Assembly: GCA_964234715.1 (NCBI GenBank)
Contig: OZ174276.1
Reading direction: 5' to 3' (one strand)
Length of the DNA stretch: 64,000 nt
From: Podarcis melisellensis
Taxonomy: Eukaryota
The translations under genes and the position numbers were made by a program. The notes beneath the pieces were generated by a model. The model did no database searches, was not told the origin of the DNA, and worked only from the letters and a program-made list of their open reading frames with translations. Positions 13,101 to 25,299 of the stretch are shown here, in pieces; position 1 is the first letter of the stretch, and each line of letters opens with the position of its first letter.

Positions 13101-16100
13101 GAAACCATCCAGCAGCAATAAAAGAATGCAATTTTAATGGTAGAGCTTATTGGGCAAATTGAGAAAGGAAACTTAAAATAATGTTGTATATATATCTCCT
13201 GTGTACAGCATATCTCTGCCTAACAGATACTGGGTGAAAACACTGGACAACTCTGCCACACCCGATTGTGAGCTATAGGAGCATTTTCTTTGATGCTGGA
13301 GACAGAATGATGTACTCAAACAATTGGTCTGTCACATTTCACTTGCTGCTTATCTACTATAATCTTAATTTTTTAACAATTGCCACAAATAACCTAGCAA
13401 CTATATTTTTCTCCCTTACACAAGTCCAGGTAACAATAATTTAGAAGGCAACCATGGGAACTAATAAGTATTTTATACCTTTCTGTAGATGCTTTAATGT
13501 AGCATTCGGAGACTATGAACTTGAATATAATGCATCTGGTCACAGGTCCATCCAGCCAGTAATGTCTATTTTATGCATTCATGATTTTTGAGAAGCCCAC
13601 AGAGTACAAAAACAACAGCCCTCTCCCATTATTACACCACCAGCAATTGGTGTTCAGGTACATGCTGGCTCTGAATCTGAAGGTTTGCCCAGAGCTAAAA
13701 ACATATCACCAGAAGCAAATAGTCTACTTGAATGTTGTCTACTACTGGACGCCAACTATTCTATATTTTACTGCATTTTGCAGTGGAAAAGCTCCTAGCA
13801 TTTATTGTCTACTCAACTACCCCTATTACATTAAGGCAGCTAAGATCAGACAGTGAGGGGCAAACAAGCAGGTTTAGAAAGAAGCAGGCCAGGGCTGAAG
13901 GTTACAGCAAATCCAATGGATACCTCAATGCCAGCTCCCAGGGAACAACAGGAGAGGACTAACTAAAAATTAGATTAAAAGTATATGCAACTAATACTTG
14001 GCTGAGCAAGATTTCCAACATTAACCTATGTCTAGGAAGAATGCAACTGAAGATTTCCCTTTGTCAGAGAAATAGTATACTATCATAGTTCAACAGCGCA
14101 ATATGGGCTCCAAGTCTTGTATTTTCAGATACTATGCTAATGGAAAGCTGCCATGAAGGGTTTCTATAGATCATGTATGTTTTGTAGAATATTTGAGCAC
14201 AGCTAATACAATCATGCAAATATGCGTTGGAAGGGATTGTGGCACAAACCATACTCCGTATACTTATCCTTCTTCCCATCTAGTTTCTGTTACAGGCATT
14301 AAACTAAGCACATTATTTTCTTCTCTGTCACAAATAAAGTAGACATGGCAATATGCTATGGTCATGCAGCTAGTGGAGACTGCCAGTCTCAGCACTTTAT
14401 CCAGCACTTTTATAAATCAAAAAATGAATGACCAACTTCCACGCTTGATAATCACAAAAAGTAAAAATGCTGTTAACTATCCACCGTGATGTATCTGAAC
14501 ATGTCTAAAAACAAAGGAATATCTGGTATCTTAGCTTTTACCTGGATGAGTCATGGTGACAGGCTCCTCACTTGACATATTATTGTAAATTACCACAGCT
14601 GAAGCATTATGTAAAGCTGCCCGCAGGATTTTTTGTTTAAAGGTGCAATTTCCTCGCTGCAGTAGGGCAACCCACTGCTTGTTTGTAGGAACTGGAAACC
14701 GAGTTCGTGGATCACAGCCTAAACGATCTGAAACTAAAAAAAGGAAAGAGATGTCAGTTAAAGTTTGTTGATAAAAATATCTAAAAAGCAGTTCACTGGC
14801 TAAAATTATTCTCTAGTTATGAGACCAGAACAATTTGCACAACCTAAAGCAATTTTTAAGCTAAATAATAATCTGTAAGTGTTAACCATATTTGATCATT
14901 ATGATCATTACACTTAAGGATTTTTTTCAGTTCCAGAATACTTACTAGTGAATATTTTCAATACCTGGTCAGAGGAATGGCAAAACATTAGGATAAATTT
15001 GTTCATGTACCGCTGTCATTTTAAGTTGCCCAAAATTTATGTATATATTTAGAATTTAGAATAGAGATTTGGAAGCAACTCAAAAGGCCATCTTGTCCAA
15101 CCCCTACCTGGAATATCGGAATCACAGATGGCCATCCAACCTCTATTTAAAAATCTCTAATTGCTTGGTACTCCAATTGCTTGATATAGGGACACGGGTG
15201 GCGCTGTGGTCTAAACCACTGAGCCTGGGGCTTGCCGATTGGCAGGTCGGCAGTTCGAATCGCCAAAACAGGGTGAGCGCCCATTGCTCAGTCCCAGCTC
15301 CTGCCAACCTAGCAGTTCGAAAGCACATCAAAGTGCAAGTAGATAAATAGGTACCGCTCCAACAGGAAGGTAAATGGCATTTCCGTGTGCTGCTCTGGTT
15401 GCGCCAGAAGCGGCTTAGTCATGCTGGCCACATGACCTGGAAAAACTGTCTGTGGACAGACGTCAGCTCCCTCGGCCAGTAAAGCGAGATGAGTGCCGCA
15501 ACCCCAGAGTTGTTTGTGACTGGATTTAACTGTCAGGGGTCCTTTACCTTTACCTTTTACCAATTGCTTGATACTTGGGAGACAGTCCTATTGTAAAAGC
15601 AAGCTTATAAACTAAGAATATGCAGTATAGAGAACAGAGCAAAAAAAGATTTTATTTGCTATAGTTTGGTATGATTTTATTAACTATATCAATGATTTTA
15701 AAAAATGAGAAAGACCCCCCCCCAAATGTATACAACTTGATATGGCAAATTTAGTAAGATGTAATGGTCAATCTTTATGGTAGCTTTGAATCAGTACAAT
15801 GTCTAATTGTGCCTCTACATGTATCAGAAAGGCAAACAGGCTGGCAATCTCTGTCCTCTTCATAGCTTCTCATAGAATCTTCCAATATTTACTGGAACTA
15901 AGGGATACTACCATACACCTTGAGTGCCAGACACATCAATCAACATTGTAAAGGACATAGACAACCATGTCAGCAAGTTTAATTGTCAATAGTTGTCCAT
16001 TATCATCTGTCATCTATGATCAGTTATTTAGAATCCATTTCTAATGTATATTTTTCTCAAGCTGAGGACTCTGAATATATATGCTGGAAAGTCTCCATGG

Positions 16101-19100
16101 CATAATGAAAAGCAATTTAAGAGTAATTTCAAGCTTATACAAATCACTTATTTAAAAATATGTGATCTGAAGTCATTTATGTCATTTCACAATCGTACAA
16201 AAGGTTACAATATAAAATGTTTTCTCTTTTCAATAAAGTGCCAAATTCCATCAACCTGGTCTATTTCAAATTCAAGTACCTTCTCTGTACTGACAACCGT
16301 CCTCTACCTTAGCTCACTCACAATGAATTCTGAACTTCTTGGGTGCAGTGAATTTGCTATGCTTTCCAGTTTTTCAAGCTGCCACATTCAAAGATCATCT
16401 GGCTCAGAACATTTAGAGCTAAGCCACTTAAACTTAATTATTATTTAGAATCTGATCTAACATTGCATGCAAAACTGCTATCTAAGGTCTTGTCTTTCAA
16501 GTTGGTTAATTCTTTTTTTATTCAGTGGTGGTGTTCAATGCCTACAGCACAGGTGATGCTGTAATACTCAAGTACTCAACAAGTTGCTGTAATGCTCTAA
16601 TACTCAACAAGTAGTGGATTATTTGGAGAAACTAGTCTGTCCCACAAAACATGCAGAAAATGGGATTTCACCATCCTATTAAGTATCCTTCCTAGTCCTT
16701 CCAATGAAGTATGCAACTGCTTATTTTCTGGTAGCTATTGTACCTGCTAAAGCAAAATCTTCTGCATTTTCTGTGTGTTATGTGTGAGAAACTTTTGAGG
16801 TTACACCTGGCAAACTTGCATAGTTGTGCTAATTAGAGAAAAATAGAAATCCCCAGGTGTCATCTTTTGAGCTACAGGAAATAAAGACTTGGCAGAAAAG
16901 CATGTAAGCTGAAGCAAAACTCTGCTCAGAGAGTTGCAATTTATTTTGGGGGGGAAGTAATTTCAGTCCACAGAATTTTGGAGCATAATCCACTCCAAAG
17001 GAGAATCTAAATCTCAAAGTAGTACAGTACTCTGTATAACACTGCAACATCTTGGTTACCAGCTAGCAGACAGTGCTGATCAGATGCTTCTTGTTACAGA
17101 TGGCTCTCTTGACCTTTACCACTCTGGAAATATCCACACCTGAGATGTACACATTATATAAATTTCAGGGGTGGAGGGAATCAAACATGCCTCTAACTGA
17201 ATTGCAGGTGCACTTTTCTGTAAACAAGTTTCCCTGAAACACCTTTTCTTGACTACTTAAATACAGAATCATCCAGCCCATGTGACAATCTGTATCACTT
17301 CAGATTACAAATGGATGGATGAAATGGTGAAAGCTCACATATTACAAAACTGCACAAATGGGTTGGTAAAGAATGTTGGTCACCAATGAAAGGAACCTGT
17401 CAGTGAAATGAAGGAAGATGACAATTCCCTTCCCCACTGCAGGTCCCATGCCATCATCTGTTTGTGGATCCCTAATCCCCTGAAGTAGATGGGGGGCGGC
17501 AGAGAGCTATGAGAGGGAGGAGAATTGCCCCCCTCCATTGCCTCCCTTCCTCATTCTGCTAGCAGATTCCTTCTGGAGTTCTAATCATCCATGGAGCTCA
17601 CTGGGTGACCTTGCACCAGTCACTGTTTCTCAACCCTATCTCACAGGGTTGTGAGGATAAAAAGGGGAGAGGAAGAACCATATACATCACTATGAGCTTC
17701 TTGGAGGAAAGGTGGGATATAAATGCAATAAACAAACAAAATAAACATCTAATCTGAGTTGATATAACTGAAGTTTGGTACAGGTATTTTTTTAAAAAAT
17801 AAACAACCTAGTAAACACTGGTTTGGTCATGTCCACAGAATGGAAGATGGCAGGATCCCAAGGACATGCTCTACTGGGAGCTGGCTTCAAGCACCAGGCA
17901 TGTTGACAGAACCTGCTCTGCATTACAAAGATGACTGCAAATGTGACATAAAGGCTGGTAACATCAGCCCTGCTGTGTGGGAATCCCTTGCATATGACAG
18001 CAGTGCCTGGAGACAGTCAGTCAGGTTGTGTATCCACAGCAGTGACCAGAGGAGGAATAGGACCTCTGAGAGGAGCACAGAGAGAAGAAACGCCATGGGG
18101 CATCAGCCTCAGCACAACAGGGTGCCTTCATCTGCCTCAGCTGCAACAAAACACATCTCATCCCTACCAGTGTCTCTACAGCCACAGCAGGTGCTGTAAC
18201 TCTTCAACAATTTGACTTCACCCCCAAAAGTACACTCCTCCACTGTCCCCTCAGACAGACAGATGCTGTACACCAAAAGAAGTAAACTCCTGATATAATA
18301 GATTCAATGTAGGCATTTCCTTAACACAGCAATGTTGTTCAATTTTAAGCTTATTTGGAAGTACAGTACTGTAAAACTGTTGCAATGGAACTTATTTCAG
18401 AGTTGGTTGTATTGCATGGAAATATTAGTTTACTCACTATCTTTTGAAAAAGAGAAACCAGGCGGACCATAAATGTGCAAACATCCCACTATCACAGTGG
18501 ATTTTTGTTTGACCTTGTGATGTTTGGTGTCGCTGGCTTTTGCCGCAACAAAACTTGGTAAACTTGGTAAACCTGGACTTCTGAAGCCCACCCCATATTG
18601 CTGTGTTAACCGATCTTTTAATTTTTCTTATAAATTTTTACTCACCCATTATCTATGCCTAATTAAGTATTCTATGTATATGTTTGGTTCTTGCTCTTAT
18701 CTATTTAATAATTATTCACTTAGATTCATACTGTTATGCTACTTATTTAGATGTTTTGCTTATGCTGGTCTATGACCGTAATAAAGAACTTGACTTGACT
18801 TGATAAACATTCAGGTTAATTCCCTGATGAACATATTTTGTTTCCTCTCATTCTCAGTTTTACCACAAAACTGGGGACATGTATTAGATTTAACGGAATG
18901 TGTGTTCTCTGGGAAAAAATGTTTTTGAGAACTCATTCCTATTTTACAATAATGTCTCAAAAATGTTGGTTGTTGTGATTCTAAGCCAATGATAGGGAAC
19001 CTGTGCCTCTACTGATGTTCTTGGACTCCCATCAGCACTAGCCAGTATGACCAATCATCAGGTAATAAAGGAAATAAAAGAGCTGGGAGTCCAATAGGTT

Positions 19101-22100
19101 CCCCATCTTGACTGAAATTCTTCCGACAGATGCAACACAGATTATGGCCTTTCCCCTCAGTTATCAGTTTCAGCAGTCACCCAAGTTCTGCCTACAACTG
19201 AAATTTACTGAAGAATACGGAAGTACAATTTGCTTAATTCAAAGAGGAAGCAGCAGTGACTGCTCAGCAGTTATTTGCTTATAGTTAACAAATTAGCATT
19301 GTGCAACAACTTACTCTTTTCCTCTCCAAAGTGCTTGAACTGAAATAAATGTTTATAACATCCACCTGCTAATATCAAAAACCTTGCCCAAAGTATCAAG
19401 CAATATGACTACAGTACATGTGGTAGTTTTCACAGCACTGTGGAGAAAATATGTCCTAAAAAGCTTAGAACTAGAACACACATTTATAAATTGAAACAGT
19501 TTAAAATTAGGCTACTTTGGATTGGCAGTATCAGAACATTTAGTCACCTGAGGCTCAAAGTACTTGTTATGAGGAGTTCTACAATTCTTTCATCCTTGTG
19601 CTGGTTAAACACAAAGTAGTCAGGGACAAGGTGGCAGGGGTGGGGACCTGCTTAATTTTTTCTCATTCAGTAGTTGCTTTAGCTCAATATAATACATGCT
19701 CAGCTCCTTTTTTAAGTTGTGATAGAAAAGATGTAGGGTTCCCATATGTTTTCCCCCTATGGAAGGAAAGTAGCTTGGGGAAGGCAGTTGTGAGCAAAAT
19801 GACCAGAGGGGAAGAAGAGGAAGCAGTTAAGCAGGTCTCCCCAGGCACCTTTTCCCACAGACACAAGTTTGCCCCAGGCTACTTTGGGAATAAAACAAAA
19901 GTAGAAATGACATTTTTAATGTATTTCATTTTTCCTCTAAGTTTTAAAGTATCTTATGTGGGGTTCTTTTGTCTATCTGATTTTAAGTTGCTCTGGGTTG
20001 CCCTGGGCAAGATAAAGTGACGAACAAATTCAATAAATAATAAGAGGAAGAAGAGGAACAAGAAAAAAAATAATAGAATTTACTTAACATAGTTAAAATC
20101 TATGATACATAAATACTTTTAGCATAGCTTTTTGTTGCCAGCATGTGCATGCGAGTGCAAATATTTCTCTTCCGAACTATATTATATGTAAATATGGGAT
20201 CAGATCAACGTGACCAACATTTTAACAACCTTCATATCACCCTCAAACCAGTTACTCCATTCATGACATCACATAAGAAGTATAACATATTCACCAGCTG
20301 TGTTCTGTCATCTCTTATGTTCCTTTTATCTTCACTTCTCAGTTCACTCTGTAGACCCCTAGCCTCGTGCTGTGACCCCCCATTTGTGTGATTTTCACCT
20401 GTAGCCCCCTTGGAATATCCTGGGGCCTTCCAGGGGCCATATGGCCCTCAGATAGGAAACACTGGTTTACACAAATAAAATCATTTGTGTGATTTTCACC
20501 TGTAGCCCCCTTGGAATATCCTGGGGCCTCCCAGGGGCCATATGGCCCTCAGATAGGAAACACTGGTTTATACAAATAGCTGGTCTCTAAAAATCCACAC
20601 ATCCACAAAAAACAGCCAAAGCTTCACTGTGATGGTTCTGATACAATACTACTTACTTCTGACAAAAGCACCAGTTACACCAAGGCCAACCCAGAACTAG
20701 CTTCAGCTGCAATTTTTGCCAGATAACCCACTCCAGTTCTATTCCAGTTAAATGTCATCACAAATACCAATATGTTTGGGGCCTTTATAATTTTCTTTTG
20801 CTTAAAATTAGAGTATCTCTGTTATCTAATCTTGAAGATAATGGTTGCCTTCAATTTGAATAAAGTTTTCCTTAAATTTGATTTATTAAACAAAAACTAT
20901 CTGACAACATTTTAAAGATTTTCCTGATACATAACAATTTATGGATTAGGATTCATCACATCACATATTATTAAAATTATGTTTTCCATAGCAAACATTA
21001 GATATTGTCTGAAATACTTTTCCAAAGGAAAACTATGTCAGAGAATATCTAATGTTTTTACAAAACACAAAAAACCCTCTACAGTATTTCAAAGAACAAG
21101 AAGTAGAGATCTCCATCACACTTAACAGCCTTCCCCAACCTGGTACCTTTCAGGTAGAATGAGAAATACATACAAGCATGCTATATAAAATTATTATAAT
21201 AAAACAGCAGTAAAAAGATTTAGGAGTTTACCTGGAAATGGAAACATGCAAATAATCTTAATATTCTTACAAACTGCAAATGCCTTCACAACTAGAGTTT
21301 ATTCATGAAATTCAATTCAGTCACTTTACTTAACAAGTGCAATAATTTCAGTGCACTACAACACATATCCATAATCTTTACTACCTATACCAAAGTTCAG
21401 GGACAGTAAATTTGATGACAATGTCATTTACCTCAAGAACTTGGACTTCTTATGGAATTAAAAATGATCTAGATGGTTTCCATCCTTAATCACAATGAAT
21501 GTGGTATCATGGTTAGACTAGGACCTCTGAGACCAGTGTTCAAAACCATTAAACCATTAAACTGAGTGGCCCAGTCTCAACCTCTCAACCTAACTTCACG
21601 TGGTTGTTGTGTGAATTAAATAAGGAGGGAGAGAAGCATGTACACCATCTTCAGCTACTTGGAGAACATGGTATATAAATGCTATAAATAAATCCATTCT
21701 TCTCAGAGATTATTCACACAGGCATAGTAACAGATCAAGAAACGTGCAAGTGCCAGCCCATCTCCACCTGGCGGTATGCATCTGCTCCTATGCACAGGGC
21801 CCAACTTTTGCTTTACCACCACAAAATGTCACTTGAACATTTACTGTGGATGTAGAAGGTTGAACCTTGCATTTAGGAGATGTACACAACACACTGGCAA
21901 ACAATTTCAAGTGCCTTTCCTACTCTTACTATGTATCTTGCTATGAAGCACCCAATCAGTGTGTTAAGAGTGTATTCATTTTCACAGTTGACTCACAACA
22001 GTGAATGCATGATATAAAAGGGTCACCTGGTACAACTATTGAGATCAGACATATTCAGGTTAACTGACACTCAAAATACTAAAAATAAGCTACATACAGC

Positions 22101-24961
22101 AGCTTACATGCCTATTCTGAAATGTGTGACTTCAATTTCACTCACATATTAACTGCTTAAAGACAACGCATCTGATATAGAACTGCCTAAATACTGTAGA
22201 GCAACACACAAGGAAAAAAAGTGGTAAATAGTTAATGGCTGCTGTGTATTTAGCTTTCCCAGTAATATTGGACTAGGTTGGTAAATGATCATGATACCAA
22301 ATTTTAATGATTATACCATTTTTAAACTGCAGTAATTTGGAGGGGTGAAATTTCATAACCTATAATGCTGACTAATTGAAAGTAGTTGTTTTCTATTTTA
22401 AAATAAAACAATTTTTCTAGCAGTCTATAAGCTGTTTAGCCACAGTATTTTCCATTCAGTATCAGAAAAGTAGCATACAAACAACAGATGAAAGAATTGT
22501 TTTAAAACAGTTTTAAAATTCTTTAAATAAAATAAAGCCAACTGGAATAGGGGTTCAGTAAAAAAGTGCCCCTAAAAATTATTCAAGTTCTGCCTTTTTT
22601 ATTCCACCCCACCCCCAAATAAGGAGAAACCTATTCCTGTGATGGAAAAAGGAAGTGATGGAAAGAGTGATGGAAAGAAGAGTCAAAATAGATAATTTCA
22701 GAGACGTAAACTGTCCTTCAGAGGCACAAACTGTCCATATGAGAGGTATGAAATGTCACTAATTTGTGGACCTCATACTTACACCCCACTCTTCCCAAAT
22801 GGTAAAATGCAGGAGCACTCTGTGTCCTACTTCTTATTATTTCTGAATTGCTGTCCATGTACAAGATGCTATTCACCATGGTCCCCCACCTTTCGGTTTG
22901 GAGAACTACTGTATATTTATACAGACTTTAGAGTTATCAATACGTTTATGTCACTCAGTTCTTGTCCTGCAAATGTTCACTCTGTCTGGCTAGAATTGGA
23001 GACTGGATGCAGACAAGCTAACTAAAGCTGAATCCAGATAAATAATTATGGCTGAAAATGCTTTGTGCCCATGTCTATTCCTTGGACATTCAGATATACC
23101 TGAATCTAAATTGTACTATCAATAGGTCCTTAACAGTCAAGACAGCATAAAACGAAGAACATCTATAACCTCAAACAACTACGTATTGTTTTCTATTAAA
23201 TTTGTTCCAAATAATCTTTTTAAATGTTTAGGGCATGTCATTCTCAGCATGCACGTAATGTTAGTTTCACAGGACGAAAAAGGAAAAACCTACAGTATTT
23301 AGATGAATTACGCAAGGTTTTAGGCAAACTGTTAACATGCAAAGAGCACAAAAGAAGAAGAAAATTAAACAGAAGGTGAGGTATGAAGAAAAAATAGGAA
23401 GTAGAAAATGATACAGGCCTAAGGCTGCAATACTATACACATATACCTAGGAGTAAGTCCTACAATGAGACTTGCTTATGAGCAAACATGCATAAGATCA
23501 CATAACTCAGAGTGCTGACAATTAACTGCACAGAAGTACTAAATAAGAACTTATTCACCACTTAACGCTTACATGTATGTCCTAATTGCAATTTTAAAAA
23601 TTAGTTCTATAGCACTTTCCACTTTACAATAGCTATAACACTGCATACTTAATGTATGTCTTATGCTTACATTCCAGAGCAACCATTTTTTCTAAGCAAG
23701 TTTTCAACTGTGACAAAAAATCAAGCTACTGTGTATAAGAATCTGCTAAATATATACAAAACACTCTTACAAAACTTAAAACAAATCTTAAGCATCAATT
23801 TATGATATCAGGTAGAAGAGAACTTTATTGCTCCAAGGTCTTTCAGAACTAAAAAGGTACTCAAGAGACTGTGAGGTTGAGATTTTTTTAAAAAGACTTA
23901 CCCATGTGTCTAAATTAATGTAACAGTAATTAATGGATTAACTTTCAAAGGACTAGGAAAAACATTCTTTTTATAGAGAGCTGCTATTGGTGGGACTGCC
24001 TGTTCTAGATGGAACTTCACTTTAAAGCAAGTTAAACACTAAAGCTAAGACTGACTGGCCTTAGTCTCAGCTTTGTTTTCGAGGGCCAGATGGCATCCAC
24101 AGTCAGATTGCTTGCAATTAGTTCCCTGATATGTTGCTTACCTCCTTAGAGGGAAGAACCTTGCCACTATTATAATTCAAACCTGGAAGGCTGTAGAAAT
24201 TTGCAGCAGATGCAGAAACCACCACTTCTTGCCTGTTGGCTGAACCTAGTGTAATACCATACCAGATTGTGAGAGGCTTCGAATCAATCTTGTGTTCAAT
24301 GGCCTTGAATACAAAGAGCCATTTCACACATTACATGGCAGCAAACTCAGATTTACTTCTGAAGGGCAACTTGACAGGCAGCTCCCAGTAGGCTGAAAAG
24401 GAGTGCCTATGATACATGTGTTTTCAACATGCGTGTATGTATTTTAGGTGTACACAAAAAAAAATGTATAAAATTGTACTACATTCACCCAAATGTACTT
24501 CACAGGTCAGTCCACGAACTGACTTTCATAGTTACAGATTGCTTAAATAAGGAAATACGGAAACCCAACCAGAACCAATGGGCAAGGGAGAAGGCAGAGG
24601 GTTTGATAGTTTTTGTGAAAATTTTAATGTGCACTGTAAGGAAAGCTTAACAAACCAAAGCCTCATTTAAACTAAAGAGAAAGAACCAAAGGAAATCCTT
24701 ACCTCCATTGATTGGCAGAGGTGCCAAAAGTTGGCCTCTGACAGCTACTTTGGGAGAATCTTGTCCATAGCGTCCACGCTCAAGTATCAGCAAAGTAGGT
24801 GTTGAACGATCAGGACTCAGTACAGTCACATTTATGAGGGCTGTATAATATGCTTGACTAGCATTATCTGCACTAGCTGGAAGAGTGTAACAATTAAACA
24901 GGACCAAAATGGGCACAGAGGATAAATAGCTCCAATAAGGCAAAACCCACTTTAGGAACAT
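2379..24961 (-). CDS. RNF130: RNF130 (Goliath) E3 ubiquitin ligase, spliced CDS of coding exons 1-7; 3' terminal exon not found in window
   Basis: Seven GT-AG exons (259,192,251,72,83,97,205 nt) join in frame to signal peptide - PA domain - TM - RING-H2 - tail, matching the vertebrate RNF130 sequence as I recall it. Confidence 0.96.
3195..3291 (-). CDS. RNF130: RNF130 exon 6 (RING-H2 C-half)
   Basis: [32 protein letters not shown]; ttttcag| and GTG|GTGAGT. Confidence 0.97.
4744..4826 (-). CDS. RNF130: RNF130 exon 5 (RING-H2 N-half)
   Basis: [27 protein letters not shown](K); AG/GTAAGC. Confidence 0.97.
5190..5305 (+). mobile_element. L2-type LINE 3' end; similar tails near 10640-10715, 10750-10940(-), 29040-29395, 43755-43800
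   Basis: gaagccgcccagagtggctggg...cccagtcagatgggccgggtacaaa terminal stem-loop motif. Confidence 0.6.
5600..5671 (-). CDS. RNF130: RNF130 exon 4
   Basis: [24 protein letters not shown]; ttcag| and AAG|GTATAG. Confidence 0.96.
8074..8251. mobile_element. Truncated copy of the same MITE family as 36223
   Basis: Internal sequence homologous to 36262-36477; ends gaggtacgactg-TA. Confidence 0.78.
8253..8670. mobile_element. GC-rich hAT-type non-autonomous element, partial
   Basis: gggttggcaaactaaggc start and gtccggc...ctggcccc end motifs. Confidence 0.5.
10154..10185. repeat. (CA)n microsatellite
   Basis: Read directly. Confidence 0.95.
11066..11677 (+). mobile_element. Probable solo LTR
   Basis: TGATA...TAACA ends, near-TSD tcag/ccag, CCAAT 11444, TATAAAA 11496, AATAAA 11584 followed by a GT/T-rich tract; 5' boundary uncertain. 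Confidence 0.55.
11243..11282. repeat. (CAGCA)n microsatellite
   Basis: Read directly. Confidence 0.95.
12138..12388 (-). CDS. RNF130: RNF130 exon 3 (end of PA domain, TM helix)
   Basis: [12 protein letters not shown]...[41 protein letters not shown]; AG/GT ends. Confidence 0.97.
14542..14733 (-). CDS. RNF130: RNF130 exon 2 (PA domain)
   Basis: (V)[63 protein letters not shown](G); ttttag| acceptor, CAG|GTAAAA donor; absent from ORF track. Confidence 0.95.
15052..15170 (-). mobile_element. CR1 3' end fragment abutting the Sauria SINE
   Basis: agaatagagatttggaag...ggccatcttgtccaacccc...atggccatccaacctct. Confidence 0.6.
15189..15559 (+). mobile_element. Sauria SINE, full length
   Basis: tRNA-like head (gggacacgggtggcgctgtggtctaa...gttcgaatc), (ACCTTT)n tail, 14-bp TSD ccaattgcttgata (15173-15186, 15560-15573). 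Confidence 0.92.
17588..17746 (+). mobile_element. tRNA/CORE-type SINE with L2-like tail; related copy at 21497-21692
   Basis: ctgggtgaccttg...cagtcac...tcacagggttgtgaggataaaa...gggatataaatgcaataaa. Confidence 0.65.
17817..18265 (+). mobile_element. RTE-clade LINE 3' fragment, degenerate
   Basis: [14 protein letters not shown]...ELAS...[12 protein letters not shown]...WESLA...SAWRQ plus C-terminal Cys/His remnants, with frameshifts. Confidence 0.75.
18500..18803 (+). mobile_element. Non-LTR retrotransposon 3' end with (CTTGA)n tail
   Basis: T-rich 3' UTR, then ggtctatgaccgtAATAAAgaa and cttgacttgacttga; clade not assigned. Confidence 0.5.
20381..20578. repeat. Tandem duplication, 101-bp period, 2 copies
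   Basis: Copies start at 20381 and 20482; 2 mismatches over 97 bp. Confidence 0.95.
24703..24961 (-). CDS. RNF130: RNF130 coding exon 1 (signal peptide, start of PA domain)
   Basis: MFLKWVLP...[19 protein letters not shown]...[25 protein letters not shown]; donor GAG|GTAAGG; ATG in AAAATG context. The start codon is less certain than the donor. Confidence 0.9.
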
Positions 24962-25299
24962 TTTCAGCCCTAAAAAAATGTAAATTTTATCTTCAAAACG
25001 TCTCTTGAACAAAAGATTATTGTGTGCATAAATGCATGTTATTCCATATCACAATAAAAAGGAATTAGAATCGCTACAAGAAGCAAGAGAGCCACCCTGG
25101 GTGCCTAGTCCTTTCCATACATTCAGCCACCGGAGGAAGATTAAAATGATATGGATGGTGGGGGAAAGGATATTTTTTAAAAAAATATATCGGGTTTTAA
25201 AAGGTAGAAACGAATCAGAACGAAGAAACCGGGATAATAACCTAAGCTCTACAGCAGCTGCAAGGAAGACGAGACACAACAGCTTATTCGAAGGAGAGG

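Noticed and set aside
12389-14541. miR-340, intronic in mammalian RNF130
   Set aside because: No matching hairpin seen, and the miRNA is mammalian.
23043-23059. 17-nt match taattatggctgaaaat also present at 47173
   Set aside because: AT-rich, does not extend convincingly, compatible with chance.
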